A DNA stretch of 62,202 nt, counting the filler, from Nemertoderma westbladi (lineage: Eukaryota > Animalia > Xenacoelomorpha): assembly GCA_032718475.1 (NCBI GenBank). It is 3 parts of 3 records of this genome, joined end to end, with 100 filler letters (N's around TTAATTAATTAA, not from the genome) between each part and the next. Parts side by side here need not be neighbours in the genome. Positions count along the whole stretch, not along the records: positions 1 to 22,551 come from JAUCBJ010005625.1; positions 22,652 to 53,143 come from JAUCBJ010001378.1; 1 more part is not named here. One strand, given 5' to 3'. How positions within the stretch are numbered: position 1 is the stretch's first letter; each line of letters begins with the position of its first letter. This document shows, one piece after another, positions 14,004 through 25,600 of the stretch. The position numbers and the translations under genes were made by a program. Below the pieces are notes generated by a model, which was not told where the DNA came from, did not search any database, and saw nothing but the letters and a program-made list of their open reading frames with translations.

Positions 14004-14690
14004 ACAGTGCAGGCGGACCCAGCAACATAGCACTCCCAGATCTCGCAGTCAGCCACACACAGTGCTGGTGGACCCAGCAACATAGCGACCCCTGATCTAA
14101 CAGTCAGCCACACACAGTGCTGGTGGACCCAGCAACATAGCGACCCCTGATCTAACAGTCAGCCACACACAGTGCTGGCGGACCAAGCAACATAGCACTC
14201 CCAGATCTCGCAGTCAGCCACACACAGTGCTGGCGGACCAAGCAACATAGCGACCCCTGATCTCGCAGTCAGCCACACACAGTGCTGGCGGACCAAGCAA
14301 CATAGCACCCCCAGATCTCATAGTCACCCTCCCGCAGTGCCAGCGGACCCAGCAACATGTTGCCCCCAGATCTCGCAGTCAGTCACAAACAGTGCCGGTG
14401 GACCCCATACATAGCACCCCCAGTTCTCACAGTCAGTCAGAGACAGTGCCGGTGGACCCACAACATAGCGCCCCCAGTTCTCACAGTCAGTCACATACAG
14501 TGCCGGTGGACCCACAACATAGCGCCCCCAGTTCTCACAGTCAGTCACATACAGTGCCGGTGGACCCACAACATAGCGCCCCCAGTTCTCACAGTCAGTC
14601 ACATACAGTGCCGGTGGACCCCAAACATAGGGCCCCCAGTTCCACAGTCAGTCACACACAGTGTCGGTGGACCCCCATATCTTGCATTCA
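14004..14690. repeat. Minisatellite, 55-bp units grading into 57-bp units
   Basis: About 12 tandem copies of CACAGTGC(T/C)GG(T/C)GGACCC..CAACATAGC..CCC..TCTC.CAGTCAG. Confidence 0.9.
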
Positions 14691-15138
14691 GCCGCACACA
14701 GTCTCGACAGATATCGCGGGTAGACTTAATTAATACGCAGTAGTTACACTCTAGTGCGGTCGAATATGTGTGTAAATGATTATGCGTCTATGTATGAACA
14801 CTAAGTTATAAACAAACCATTATTTTACCAACTCAATTACATATTATAATCCAATGTTGTCATATTTTTTAAAATTAATTACTTATTTATCCCAATTATT
14901 TTTGATGATTTTAATTACATCATAATTAACAATGATTATCCTCATAGTTTACCTATACAAATAGCATAGATAGAAAGGACTCAAAGTAAATCTGCACAGT
15001 GTCTGCTTGCAGTACAGTCCCGAAAATGAAAAGATAGCAAAATTGTATTGTTGTAAATAATAATAAATAAATAAGAGTTATTGTTCAGCGTGTCGTTGTG
15101 TTTGAATTGTTTGAGTATAATATCTGAGTTCAATCGCT

Positions 15139-15313
15139 TTAATTGCTGCTACCCACGCGTTCGTCGCTACCATTGCTGCCATTGCTTTCATCACTACCAC
15201 TGCTACCATCGCTTTCCTCACTACCACTGCTACCATCGCTTTCCTCACTGGTACCATTTCTTTTTATTTCCCTTTCTTCTTCACTTTCCTTCTCTTTGTC
15301 CTCGTCGTCGCTG
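15139..15313 (-). CDS. Probable terminal exon of a host gene; acidic Ser/Gly/Glu/Asp-rich C-terminus
   Basis: Acceptor TTTTTTTTAG at 15315-15314; encodes SDDEDKEKESEEEREIKRNGTSEESDGSSGSEESDGSSGSDESNGSNGSDERVGSSN*; phase 2 matches the 19050 donor. Confidence 0.65.
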
Positions 15314-15487
15314 CTAAAAAAAATTAACATTTTGTCAAAAATATTTAGTTAGACAAATGATAATATTTGGCTAAGAATCCAGGCGGGATTTTTGTGTTTC
15401 AAAACGATTTTCTGTGTTCTAAAACATTTCATGATTTCCAAATTGCATCCTATTTGAAGGACTTGTCTTCAACTTGTCTTAGGTTCC

Positions 15488-15760
15488 ACCTTGGTGTAGT
15501 GGTCGCATTGAATTAACATCTCCCGCAGGTCGTGGGTTTGATCCTCACATGGGCCAGGGCAGTTTTCATTTCAGCACGAATACTTTAAAGGGACCATCCA
15601 GGGCGCATCTCTGTCTTGCATCCTTAAGTGGTAGCCAGATGAGTACTTTCCTCTGGGGATTAAAGTTCCGGGTGGAACCGCACTGGAAATAAGTCGTCAG
15701 ACTTTGTGCGTAATCCCTGGCCTAGCGGCCAAAGAAAATATACTTTACTTTTTTACTTTG
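15488..15760 (+). mobile_element. tRNA-derived SINE (family B)
   Basis: TGGTGTAGTGG box A, GGTTTGATCC box B and a (CTTTA)-type tail; inverted copy at 19770-19945 and a fragment at ~17781-17830. Confidence 0.75.
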
Positions 15761-15816
15761 TCTCGAATGATACATGAGAGATAAAATTAAGCCAAGGATT
15801 CAAAACTGCTGAATAA

Positions 15817-17751
15817 CTCTTTATCTCCTGACCGGCTGCCTGTCTCAACCCCTACTGGAGAGAGAGCAGCAAACAAAATTCTTTGAGTCCCTTTACTGAT
15901 GATCTTTCTGACCAAACCCTGGGTCACCAGGGAGGCCAGTTTGTGAGGGGGAGAGGGATTCTGGAGTTGGAGCCTACTCTCATGTTCCACCCCAACAAAC
16001 AAAGCCATTGGTGAATCTGAGGCAAGTCACTAGACTAGCCTCAGTAAACACCTTAACACTCGGGTCCCCAATGCGACAAGGTGAGCTGACTGCCTTGGCA
16101 GATAAGCTTTCTCTTGCGCGCAGTGGGTGTTCAAGAGCACTGAATGCAGACTGGACAGACTGATGAGGTTCTGATTAAGGACATGGGGGGCGGTACGCGA
16201 CTCGCCCTCGAGTTAGCAGATGATAGTGGCAATGGTGTCCATCTTCAGGATTTTATCTCTGGAAATGGATTGTTTTCGGCTGGAACCCAGTTCAAGAAGC
16301 GAACTGGAAAGCTATGGACTCATAGTGGACCCAGTGGTCACAAGTCCCAGATAGTCCATATTCTGTTTCGTAGGAAATACAGGAGCTCTATACAAGACTG
16401 TAATGCATTTACACTTCGACCCTTCTCCAGTAATCACCGCCTTATTGTGGTCAAGGTAAGATTTAGTCTGCGTGCTAGCAGAACAACAAAATCTGCCTTG
16501 CTGCGGCATGACTGGTCCTCTCTGTTGCAACAGCCAAGTGTGAGATGCAGCTTCACACTACAACTGAGCAACAGGTATGAGGTTCTTGCCTCTGAGGAGG
16601 CAGATCACTATGAGGGCTATACTGCCTTCACAGAAGCAGTTAAGTTAGCAGCTGCAGAAACAGTTCCTGTATACCCTCGAAACAGGAAAATCACCCCCTG
16701 GACTGACAACAAAATTCAGAAGTGCCGAAATGACGTCTATAAGGCACAGAAAGAGTCCCGACTCAAACAGACTACAGCGGACAAGAATGCAGTTAAGGCT
16801 GCATCTAGGTCCTGAACAGGCAGTACTCTGTTACCGCATGTCCTTAGATCATCATAATGATGATGGGGTGATGATAACTCCACCTACTGGCTCCAGAAGT
16901 CGAGGAAATCCTGCCAAGTACCTAACTGATCTAGACATTGCTGATGACTTAGGAGTACTCACAGAATCACTAAAGGGAGCCCAACGGCTCCTCAGCTCAT
17001 TAGAACATGCTGCTTCTAGTGTTGGTCTTTTTATTAACTCCAGAAAGACCAACATTTTGACAGCTAACTTTGAAAGTCCTCAGCAATTCTCTGATCGGAT
17101 GAGCATAAGCTCAAAGGATGGTATGCTTGAGCATGTGGACGACTTTTGTACCTGGGATCACGGATCCGGAAGTCAGATGAGGACCTTCCAATGCGCAAGG
17201 GAAAGGCATGGGCAGCCTTGAATAGGCTTTCCAGGATTTGGAAGTCACCGAGAAATAATCGGAAACTTAAGGTCCGATTATTTAGAGCAGCAGTAGACCC
17301 AGTACTCCTCTATGGGAGTCCATGCTGGGCTCTAACTCCTGAGGACACCAAATCTCTGGATGGCACATTCACAAGAATGCTACACCGGGTTCATTGTGTC
17401 AAGTACAATGCACACATCTCCAACCAGACACTATATAACATTGGAGGTGTCTCATTGGTTCCCCCAAGCTTGACACTAGAACAAAATCGCCTCCGCTATG
17501 CAGGACATTTCTTTCGCCGTGAGGACCAGCCAGTGCATAATCTTGTACTTTGGCAGCCTCATGGAGTGAATAAGCATGGTGGACAGCCCATGACTTTCTT
17601 GAGACGCATCTTAAAGTACACTGGCCTTGAAGATGCGGATGATCTAGCAAATGTCATGGGTGATAGGGAGTTGTGGCGGCGTAATTTTGTCGACAAGCCG
17701 GCACATCATTCTTAAAAATGCAGCTGCAATGCAGCATGCCGATCCTAGTAG
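15817..17751 (+). mobile_element. RTE LINE with internal deletions and 29-bp TSD
   Basis: APE remnant (WTHSGPSGHKSQI, SSNHRL) jumps at ~16815 to the RT C-terminal part (DLDIADDL); (TAG)n tail; TSD TAAGCCAAGGATTCAAA(A/G)C(T/C)GCTGAATAA at 15788-15816 and 17752-17780. Confidence 0.9.
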
Positions 17752-17829
17752 TAAGCCAAGGATTCAAAGCCGCTGAATAAAGTAAAGTTTTCCATGGCCG
17801 TTAGGCAAGTGATTATGGAAAAGTCAGAC

Positions 17830-18960
17830 GGCCGATATTTTTGACTATTTGGTCATTTTAGAATTTTTTGTAATTCATCTATATTTTTGACTATTTGGTC
17901 ATTTTAAAATTTTTTGTAATTCATCTGTATCTTTGAGTGAGTTTGGTTGGGAAAACCGATATTTCGTGACTTTTCCAAAAACTTAATGGGCTATTCGAGT
18001 TTTTATGGCTCACTAAAATTTATTTATTTGCGGTTGGCCTAATATAGGTTTTTTTAGGTTGGTGATCACGAGTAAAAAACTTAAATTTAATATTCGAGGA
18101 AATATTTGGTAATTTTGAATGTGCCACCTGGGACACATTCAAATCGAGTGCCTTATTCTTAAAATTCACAAAAAAGTTGTGCAAATATGATAATAAAAAT
18201 TCACCACAAAATCAAATTGATTTCACGTACATATGGGTTTATTCTGGGAAGCTGATCACGAAAATGACAGTGAAATATATTCGTACCTTTTTGATTAGGT
18301 CATTTTTGGATATGTGTCAATGGGCGGCACGAAAAATACAAGTAGCACAATTTTGATAATCAAAATCCATCACCAATATAACAAGATGTTAAGACATAAA
18401 GGGTTTTCTTGGAAGCTGGTTACGAATATGACACTCAAAAAATATAGTATTATTCAATCATATTCGATTTTTACCGTGTGAAATTTATGCTACTTGTATT
18501 TTTCGTCCCACTAGACAAGCAAAAAAAATGATAGTTGCGATACCACATATATGATTTTAACGAGTTGTTTCATGATCAGCGACCTTGAAAACCAGCTTCA
18601 GAATTACCAAACCAGAATGCCAAATTTAATAGTTTGTAATACTAAAACTTTTACTATTCGTTCTGTGTTTCCAGAATGGCACCAAAATTTGGCTTACTTA
18701 ACAGAAATATTTATATCTAGTTTCATCGTGATCAACGACCTGGAAAACCCGTATACACCTTCAGAATTATCAAACCAAACATAAAATTTTTTAATTTGAA
18801 ATATTGTCTTTTACTTTTCGTCCTAGGGGACCAACATAGCACCAAAAATGTTGGTTACATTGCCAGAAAATATTATTGATAGTTTTATCGTGACAAACTA
18901 CCTTGAAAACCCTTATACAATCAACATTATAATTTTTGAGCCAATTACATCTAAAAATTT
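17830..18960. mobile_element. Non-autonomous DNA-transposon-like element with mirrored subterminal motifs
   Basis: Motif ~TATGGGTTT..GG..GCTGATCACGA occurs three times at 18040-18430 and inverted three times at 18570-18920; related motifs at 41760-41910. Exact ends not resolved. Confidence 0.45.
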
Positions 18961-19049
18961 CTAAAATATTGAGACCTTCTAACAGTACAGTAGATAGCGT
19001 CAGCTGTCATCAGATGCTTGCTATATATATTTAAACTTTATCTTATAAC

Positions 19050-19167
19050 CTTTTACTTTCACTTTGAGACTGATTGCTTGCACCTTCTGGACCTTCTTCG
19101 CTCGCATTCCCCTCGTCACCAATGCTGGCGTTTTCTCCATCTTCCAAACTTTCTTCTCCACCTTCAT
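19050..19167 (-). CDS. Probable internal exon of the same acidic-protein gene
   Basis: AG acceptor at 19169-19168 and GT donor at 19049-19048; 118 nt open, encoding EGGEESLEDGENASIGDEGNASEEGPEGASNQSQSESK; splices in frame to 15313. Confidence 0.65.
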
Positions 19168-19769
19168 CTAATTAATTAATATATAATAGTTTCAGTTTAG
19201 TATAAAAATATTTCCGCATCGTGGATTAAACCTACATTATAAAAGGTAATATTGTGAGTTGAATTTAATGAACTTCTAGGCTATTTGGGATTAAAACTCT
19301 CTGTCCTGTGATATTATTTGGAATCTGGGTAGACCGCCAAGCATTGCAGAGTGTGTAGTAGAGAGTTAATTAAAAATTAATAAATATAAAAGTTTTTTAC
19401 ATAAATAAATAATAAGGTTTAACTTTCTTTTCTGTAATCGATTTCGATGTACAGTTGATTGGATTTTACGATTTCCCATTTTATCTCGTTAAATATTTAT
19501 ACCCCACTTCAAAATTCAAATCACCTTGAACAACATATATTTTAACAATTTAATTGTGTCTGTAGGATATAAGATATCCCCTCCCCCCCTCCCCGATCCC
19601 AGTACCCCGCATCTCATCAAAGAAACTCACCCCCCCCCCCCCAAATTCCTTATGGTAGAATCCTTTATTGTCGCTAACCTCTTGTGATGTGAAATGAATT
19701 CGCGTCGAAACAGGCGAATGGACATATACTGGACGCTTGTCATGGATCCGCCAGTGAAGTAAAAATACA

Positions 19770-19945
19770 AGTAAATTTTCTTCGGCCGCTAGGCCAGGGA
19801 TTACGCACAAAGTCTGACAATTTATTTCCAGTGCGGTCCCCCCAGAACTTTACTCCCCAGAGGAAACTCCAGTACTCATTTAGCTACCACTTAAGGATGC
19901 AAGGCAGAGATGCGCACTGGCTGGTCCCTTTAAAGCATTCGTGAT
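19770..19945 (-). mobile_element. SINE family B, 5'-truncated copy
   Basis: Reverse-complement match to ~15573-15750. Confidence 0.75.
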
Positions 19946-20805
19946 TTCTCATCATTAATTAATTTCCAAATCTCTGTGCAAATATTCAAGCTAGTTCAAT
20001 TATATATCTCAACGAATATTTTTTAACTTTTATCAAACTTACTTGACAAAAACGTAAGAAGAAAAATTGTTTGATTACTTTTTTTCAAAACCAGTATCAA
20101 ATTTGGTGCCTCTATTCTTGACTTTTAGAGTACAGCTTTCATTAATTGACATTCCTAAATCACATTTTGCTGCTACACGACTTCAGTAACGGTAAAACGT
20201 CGACGCCCATAAATCTACTTCAAGTTAATATAATACACAGTAGTTAGTACATTCCTTGTCTTGGTTGATGATGGATTCCTGTTACTAATATTCTATGGTT
20301 TGTTAAGCAATTCCATCATGGTTGCTCTGATTAAGAAAATAGGTACTTGTTAATTTTGAGGTCCTTTGCTTATATTACATTGAGTTTAATTTATTATGTC
20401 GGCCACACCATCGCCAGATGATGCAGCAATGCCTCCACAGTAGGGTGGGTCATCACGAAAAATAGTGTATGGGTAGCAATAAAGTACTTAGAATGTACTT
20501 TGTACTTTGTACAATGTACTTAGAACAGTTATGATATAAAAAAAATATTCAATAATTAAGTTTATGCCTGCCGCCTTGCAGTCAAAAATATTGCGTTTTG
20601 CCTAATTTTGCCTTAAAAGGGCCTTTGTGAGTTTAGGCAGTTCCAACCAGGTTATGAAGTCTAGTTTGGTCTCTATTGATCCGCAATTGTCGATTTAGGG
20701 TGAATGTGGTTGTCTGGATGTTATATAAATATTTGATTTCTCAATTTTTTAAAATCTATAGGCATTTATATTATCACTAATATATAACATAAATATATTA
20801 AATAT

Positions 20806-21496
20806 TAATAAAAATAAAATAATAGGAAGGCATTTTAAAAAACCATGTTCAGCATGATCCGGTCTCTTAAATATAATTTTGAGTTGAACAAATTATGTTT
20901 TTGACAGACCAATATCAAGCAAGTAAAATTAATTGGAAACATAGAAACAACATGTTCCTATCTGTTCAACCGTAAGTAGTATTTAATTATATAGTAAGTA
21001 TTTAATTATTTAAGCAGGGACATAAAGCGCAACCCTGTTTAAATACTGTAAGTAAAATTATCACATTGGTTACACTTTTGCATATGTGTTTCGCCGGGAT
21101 TTGGCTCATCAGCTACACTAACCCGCCGTGCAGGACACATGTTAATCAAACTAACTACACCAAAAACCAGCTAAACACACACACATACATATAAACAAAT
21201 AGCATTGCATTCCAGATCAAATAAGCAATCATTTCCTTAGCAACACTATATGAGATAATTTGTCTAGTGCATGGTTGCTAATTATAATAACAATATTTTA
21301 TATTTAAGAGACCGGATCATGCTGAACATGGTTGTTTAAAATGCCTTCCTATTATTTTATTTTTATTATAATTAGCAACCATGCACTAGACAAATTATCT
21401 CATATAATGTTGGTTGCTAAGGAAATGATTGCTTATTTGATCTGGAATGCAATGCTATTTGTTTATATGTATGTGTGTGTGTTTAGCTGGTTTTTG
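20806..21496 (-). mobile_element. Ribozyme-bearing non-coding retroelement (retrozyme-like or Penelope pLTR-like): one ~479-nt monomer plus an inverted partial copy
   Basis: 21298-21496 is the reverse complement of 21161-21290 joined directly to 20806-20876; the monomer contains a hammerhead ribozyme and no convincing ORF. Confidence 0.65.
21084..21140 (-). ncRNA. Type III hammerhead ribozyme
   Basis: Minus strand reads AUGUGUC^CUGCAC-GGCGGGUUA-GUGUAG-CUGAUGA-GCC-AAAUCCC-GGC-GAAACACAU. Full catalytic core, GUC cleavage triplet, 6-bp stem I, 3-bp stem II and 6-bp open stem III. Confidence 0.88.
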
Positions 21497-21633
21497 CTAA
21501 CTTCTGCAAACCGAATTTTACGTTTTATGTTGCAACTTTAAATCCATGCTCACAGCTTGTTATATTATGATAATTGATGTTAACGACATACTGACTAACA
21601 GGAGGTTGGTATGTATATATTAAATTAAATTAA

Positions 21634-21770
21634 AGGAAGAACAGGAGTCTTACACCCCCAATAAAAAATATAGAATCAGGACATTTAGCCCAAAATAGAG
21701 GTGTAACATTTTGGGCTAAATGTCCTGATTCTATATTTTTTATTGGGGGTGTAAGACTCCTGTTCTTCCT
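21634..21770. mobile_element. Palindromic MITE, Kolobok-like
   Basis: Perfect ~62-bp inverted arms (AGGAAGAACAGG...CCTGTTCTTCCT) around a ~13-nt spacer, flanked by TTAA at 21630-21633 and 21771-21774. Confidence 0.7.
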
Positions 21771-22395
21771 TTAATTTAGCTTGTTATATTGGCAGAGTAT
21801 GTTGTGAAGGTTTATGCGCCAATGTGGTTCCCTATAAAACTAGAGCCTCAGTGCTATAAGGGTTCTGTGCACTTTTTGTGATCGCTAACCTTAGCTGGTT
21901 TTTGGCACCAGATGAATATTAGGTAGTAAAAACAACACTGAGAAAGAATTATTTTTGTGGACATTCCGAAAATATTTTACTCAGCATGTTAGTTGATGAA
22001 CGTAGCCATATTAGGGTATTAATGCTGGGAGAAGAATCAAGTTAGCAAGATCAAGAGAGCATCAAATTATATTATGGTGTATACGTAACATCAATATATA
22101 TCTTTGTCTACTTTACGAAATAAGTTTAGGAAACTTTTATATCAAGGTTTTAAATTATATTTATAATTATATATTATATTATATTTAAAAAAACTTTTAT
22201 ATTTATATCAATATTTATTACAACTTTTTGCTTTCCGTGCTCTACACTACAATTAGACACAGTAAAACAATGTTGAAAAGGCATTATAAGTGAACATTGG
22301 CAAACATTGTCAAAGATATATAAATATAGCGTCCATATTTATACATGATGTAACTCAAAGTTTTCTGCAATTTTAAAGTGTTCATCCATGTTTTA

Positions 22396-22551
22396 AGATA
22401 GATAGATAGATTTATTTATACATTATGTAAAAACAATATCAAATACACCAAACAATGTACCGGTATAAAGGTATTGTCCAACATAACATATAGGATTACC
22501 CCTAAAAGCTTTGCAGCTTATTTCCAAGGGGGTCCTTTATGTTACTTGGTT
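22396..22551 (-). repeat. LINE-like 3' end running into the gap
   Basis: Minus-strand AATAAA then (TCTA)n; shares 110 bp with 6304-6413. Confidence 0.55.
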
Positions 22552-22651
22552 NNNNNNNNNNNNNNNNNNNNNNNNNNNNNNNNNNNNNNNNNNNNTTAAT
22601 TAATTAANNNNNNNNNNNNNNNNNNNNNNNNNNNNNNNNNNNNNNNNNNNN
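22552..22651. other. Assembly gap with artificial six-frame-stop linker
   Basis: N-run, TTAATTAATTAA, N-run; same layout as 53144-53243. Confidence 0.97.
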
Positions 22652-25600
22652 CGCGTCTCTCTGTTAATGATTTCTTTAGAAATTCATCACACCTATTCAA
22701 ATGGTGGGTCCCGTCGCACAGCGCACATTTCGGTTTGATGTTACTTACCTTATTTTGAGTCACATTGTGTACACTTGCCTTTTCTTCGGGCTTTCTCACC
22801 TGAATTCTCTTGGGAGACGTGGGAGGAGTTTTTCTTACCTGTTCCCTCCTGTCATTTGTTCGAGACTTGAATTTACTTACCTGATCTTTAGGCATTTTAT
22901 TCACGTAATAAGATCTATCCGTGTCCTTCCCGCTATCTTCTCCTTGAGAAGTTTGGCTTTCGCCGTCATCAGTATAACATACTGGTGTTACCTTTCTCCT
23001 AGAGACGGGTTTTTCACTTACCTTGCTTTCCGGTGTCTTCTCTCTGGACAGTTTCAGGAGCTGTAATTTCACTTCTCCATCTAGGAATGACATGAGATCA
23101 GCCATGGTAGGGTCTCGCCGTTGTTGTTCCATCATATATAACACTTTCTTATCCCAGCGTGTACCTACTCCACCTTTAGGTAAAGTAGAAGCCACTGCTC
23201 TAATAACCATAGTGTTCTGATACTCATGAGACTTACCTAGCCAATCTAATTGTCTGCAGATCTCCTGGATCTCATCGGAAAACTCGATAATTCCGCTACT
23301 AATAAACTTTCGGGGCGCTACTAACTTTGCATACAAGTACCCAGCGATATTATTCCTATTACCATACCTGATGTTTAGTGTATCCCAAACTTGTCTTAAT
23401 CCGTCTGGATGTCCAATAAACTTTAACGCCATTAACTTGGGAGATCCTTCCAAGCACTCGATGAGGTATCTAAGTTTTTCTCCATTAGATAGTACAGAGT
23501 TCTGTATGTTATCTTTGTAATATTCATTAAAAGGTAACCATTTCATCTCATCTCCATTGAACTTGACGATCTCTCCCACCTTTACCGCTTGCCGGGCTTC
23601 GGTTCTAGCCATTTGACGCGTAAAACTTTCTTGGGCCATCGTGTTATTTAATATCGAGTTATCGGTATATAAATTTCTCGGATTATGATCCGGTCTATAG
23701 GGAATATCATTATCAACAGGTCTATAATTACCCTTAATAGGGTTCACTATAGGAGTTTCTACTTCGCTAGCAGTATAGATGCGTGTAGGCTCCACACCTT
23801 GCGCATGAGATACTTCAGACCTAACGGGTTGACACATTGTTACAGGGGGTGGTGGTATACCCTTTTGTAAATTTACTAATTTATCGCGTTCTAACGCGAT
23901 ACTTTGCTGCACTTCTTGCAACTCTAACTTACTTTCCCTCACTGTTCCTTTTAAATGTTGGACAGTCCCTTCCAACTCTCGGACCTGTTGGGAAGAGCGT
24001 ATCCGATTCTCCTTCATCTCTCCTAGGAGAATATCCATCCCCCGCCGTCTCTCGTCTACCCAATCAACCGCCGAAACGGGATCCGCCAACGTCGTAGCGG
24101 GCAGACGAGGGACAACGGGCGACAAATTTGGAATATTTCGCTCGGGGTCCAGGACCTGAACTGTCTCCTGGGCAGTTCTACGGGGCACAGGTAGCTTAGT
24201 GCTATGCAGAGGGAATTTATAGGTAGCTTCAGGGAGCACAGGTGTATCTATTACCGAAGGGGTGATTTCAAGAACAGGCCTACTTATTTCAGGCTCATCT
24301 ACTATAGTAGGGAGTCTTTCTATTGTAATTATTTGGTCTGTGGGTTCTGTACTCTCTAAGTTGGTGTTATTTAGTTGCCTTCTAACAGCTGGAGGCAAAT
24401 CAGGCAATTTCTGACGGTGGAATGTTCTTTTACGTCTGCTTAGGCGGGATCGATTTCCTCCGCCTTCAGTGTCGGTGGTATCGCCTTCCTCAGATGATGT
24501 ATAACCTTGTCGTTTGGGAGTAGATCGATTCATCATCTGCATATTACTAGCTGTTAACTGTTTATTAAAGTTATCTTGCCTCTCTTGAAGATTTTCCAAC
24601 TCTAGTTGGGTTGTCTCTTCAGATGCCCTCCGTTCTGCTTCTGCCACTGCTATCTTTCTTTCCGCTTCTGCAGCTGCCGCTTTTGCCTCTGCCGCTGCCG
24701 CTTTCCTTTCCGCTTCTACGGCTGCAGCTGCCGCTTTTGCCTCTGCCGCTGCCGCTTTTATTGCTGCAGCTGCCGCTTTTGCCTCTGCCGCTGCCTCTGC
24801 TGCCTTTCTTTCCGCTTCTGCCGCTGCCACTGCCGCTGCTGCTGTCTTTCTATCTTCTATACGTTTTTTCCTTACTTGTTCTTCCTTTTCTCTAGCGATG
24901 CGGAGTTGTTCATCGAATTTAGCTTGGTTCGCCGCTAACCTATCCACATCAATCGCATCTAACACAAGTTTGGCTCCTTCGCTATTAGGGCTAAGTCCCT
25001 CTAGCCTTCTCCTCAACTCTTCATCTCCCAAAAAACGCTGATAGTCTGACAGATAGATATCAATGGCATCCTTCTTATGCGGTTTCTCTGCCGTCGCTTC
25101 ACTTTCCACTTGGGAAAAAGTAGCGTCCGTCGATTCTCCATGTGTTGAGCGCTCCTCCAACTGAGCTTTCCACTGAGCTGCTCCTTGAACCTGGCGTCTC
25201 ACCCTTTGAAGCCAAGTCTTTACGGCAACTTGCAACGACGTGTCTTGTCTTCTTTTAGAAGCCTCCTCAAAGGCGGATAAGATTAGCCTAATTCGCAGAA
25301 CTCTTTCTCTAACTTGATAAAGCAGCTGTCCCTGCTCTTGAGGTCCTTGAGGTTGTTTAAACAGTTGTCTTTCTACTCGCTCCATAGAGCTGAAGAATCC
25401 CTGTGCGTATCCGGCTGCGGACCTCTTCCATACAGCTGGATCGATGGTTTCCTTGGCTACTCCCATCCGGTGTATGTCTTCCCAGGCAGCTTCTGATAAA
25501 TCAAACGGGAGTCCGGGTCCGGGGAAGTTCCATTGCGACTCGACAATAGACTTCAATTCTTCCCTCGTGTACCCCGCATAACTATCTCTAGTTGATCGTT

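Noticed and set aside
14004-14743. Repetitive ORFs (TDCENWGRYVVGPPALYV etc.)
   Set aside because: Open in several frames on both strands because the 57-bp unit is a multiple of 3; no splice or start evidence.
22596-22607. TTAATTAATTAA palindrome between N runs (also 53188-53199)
   Set aside because: Artificial scaffolding linker; it creates the false 'LIN*' ORF ends.
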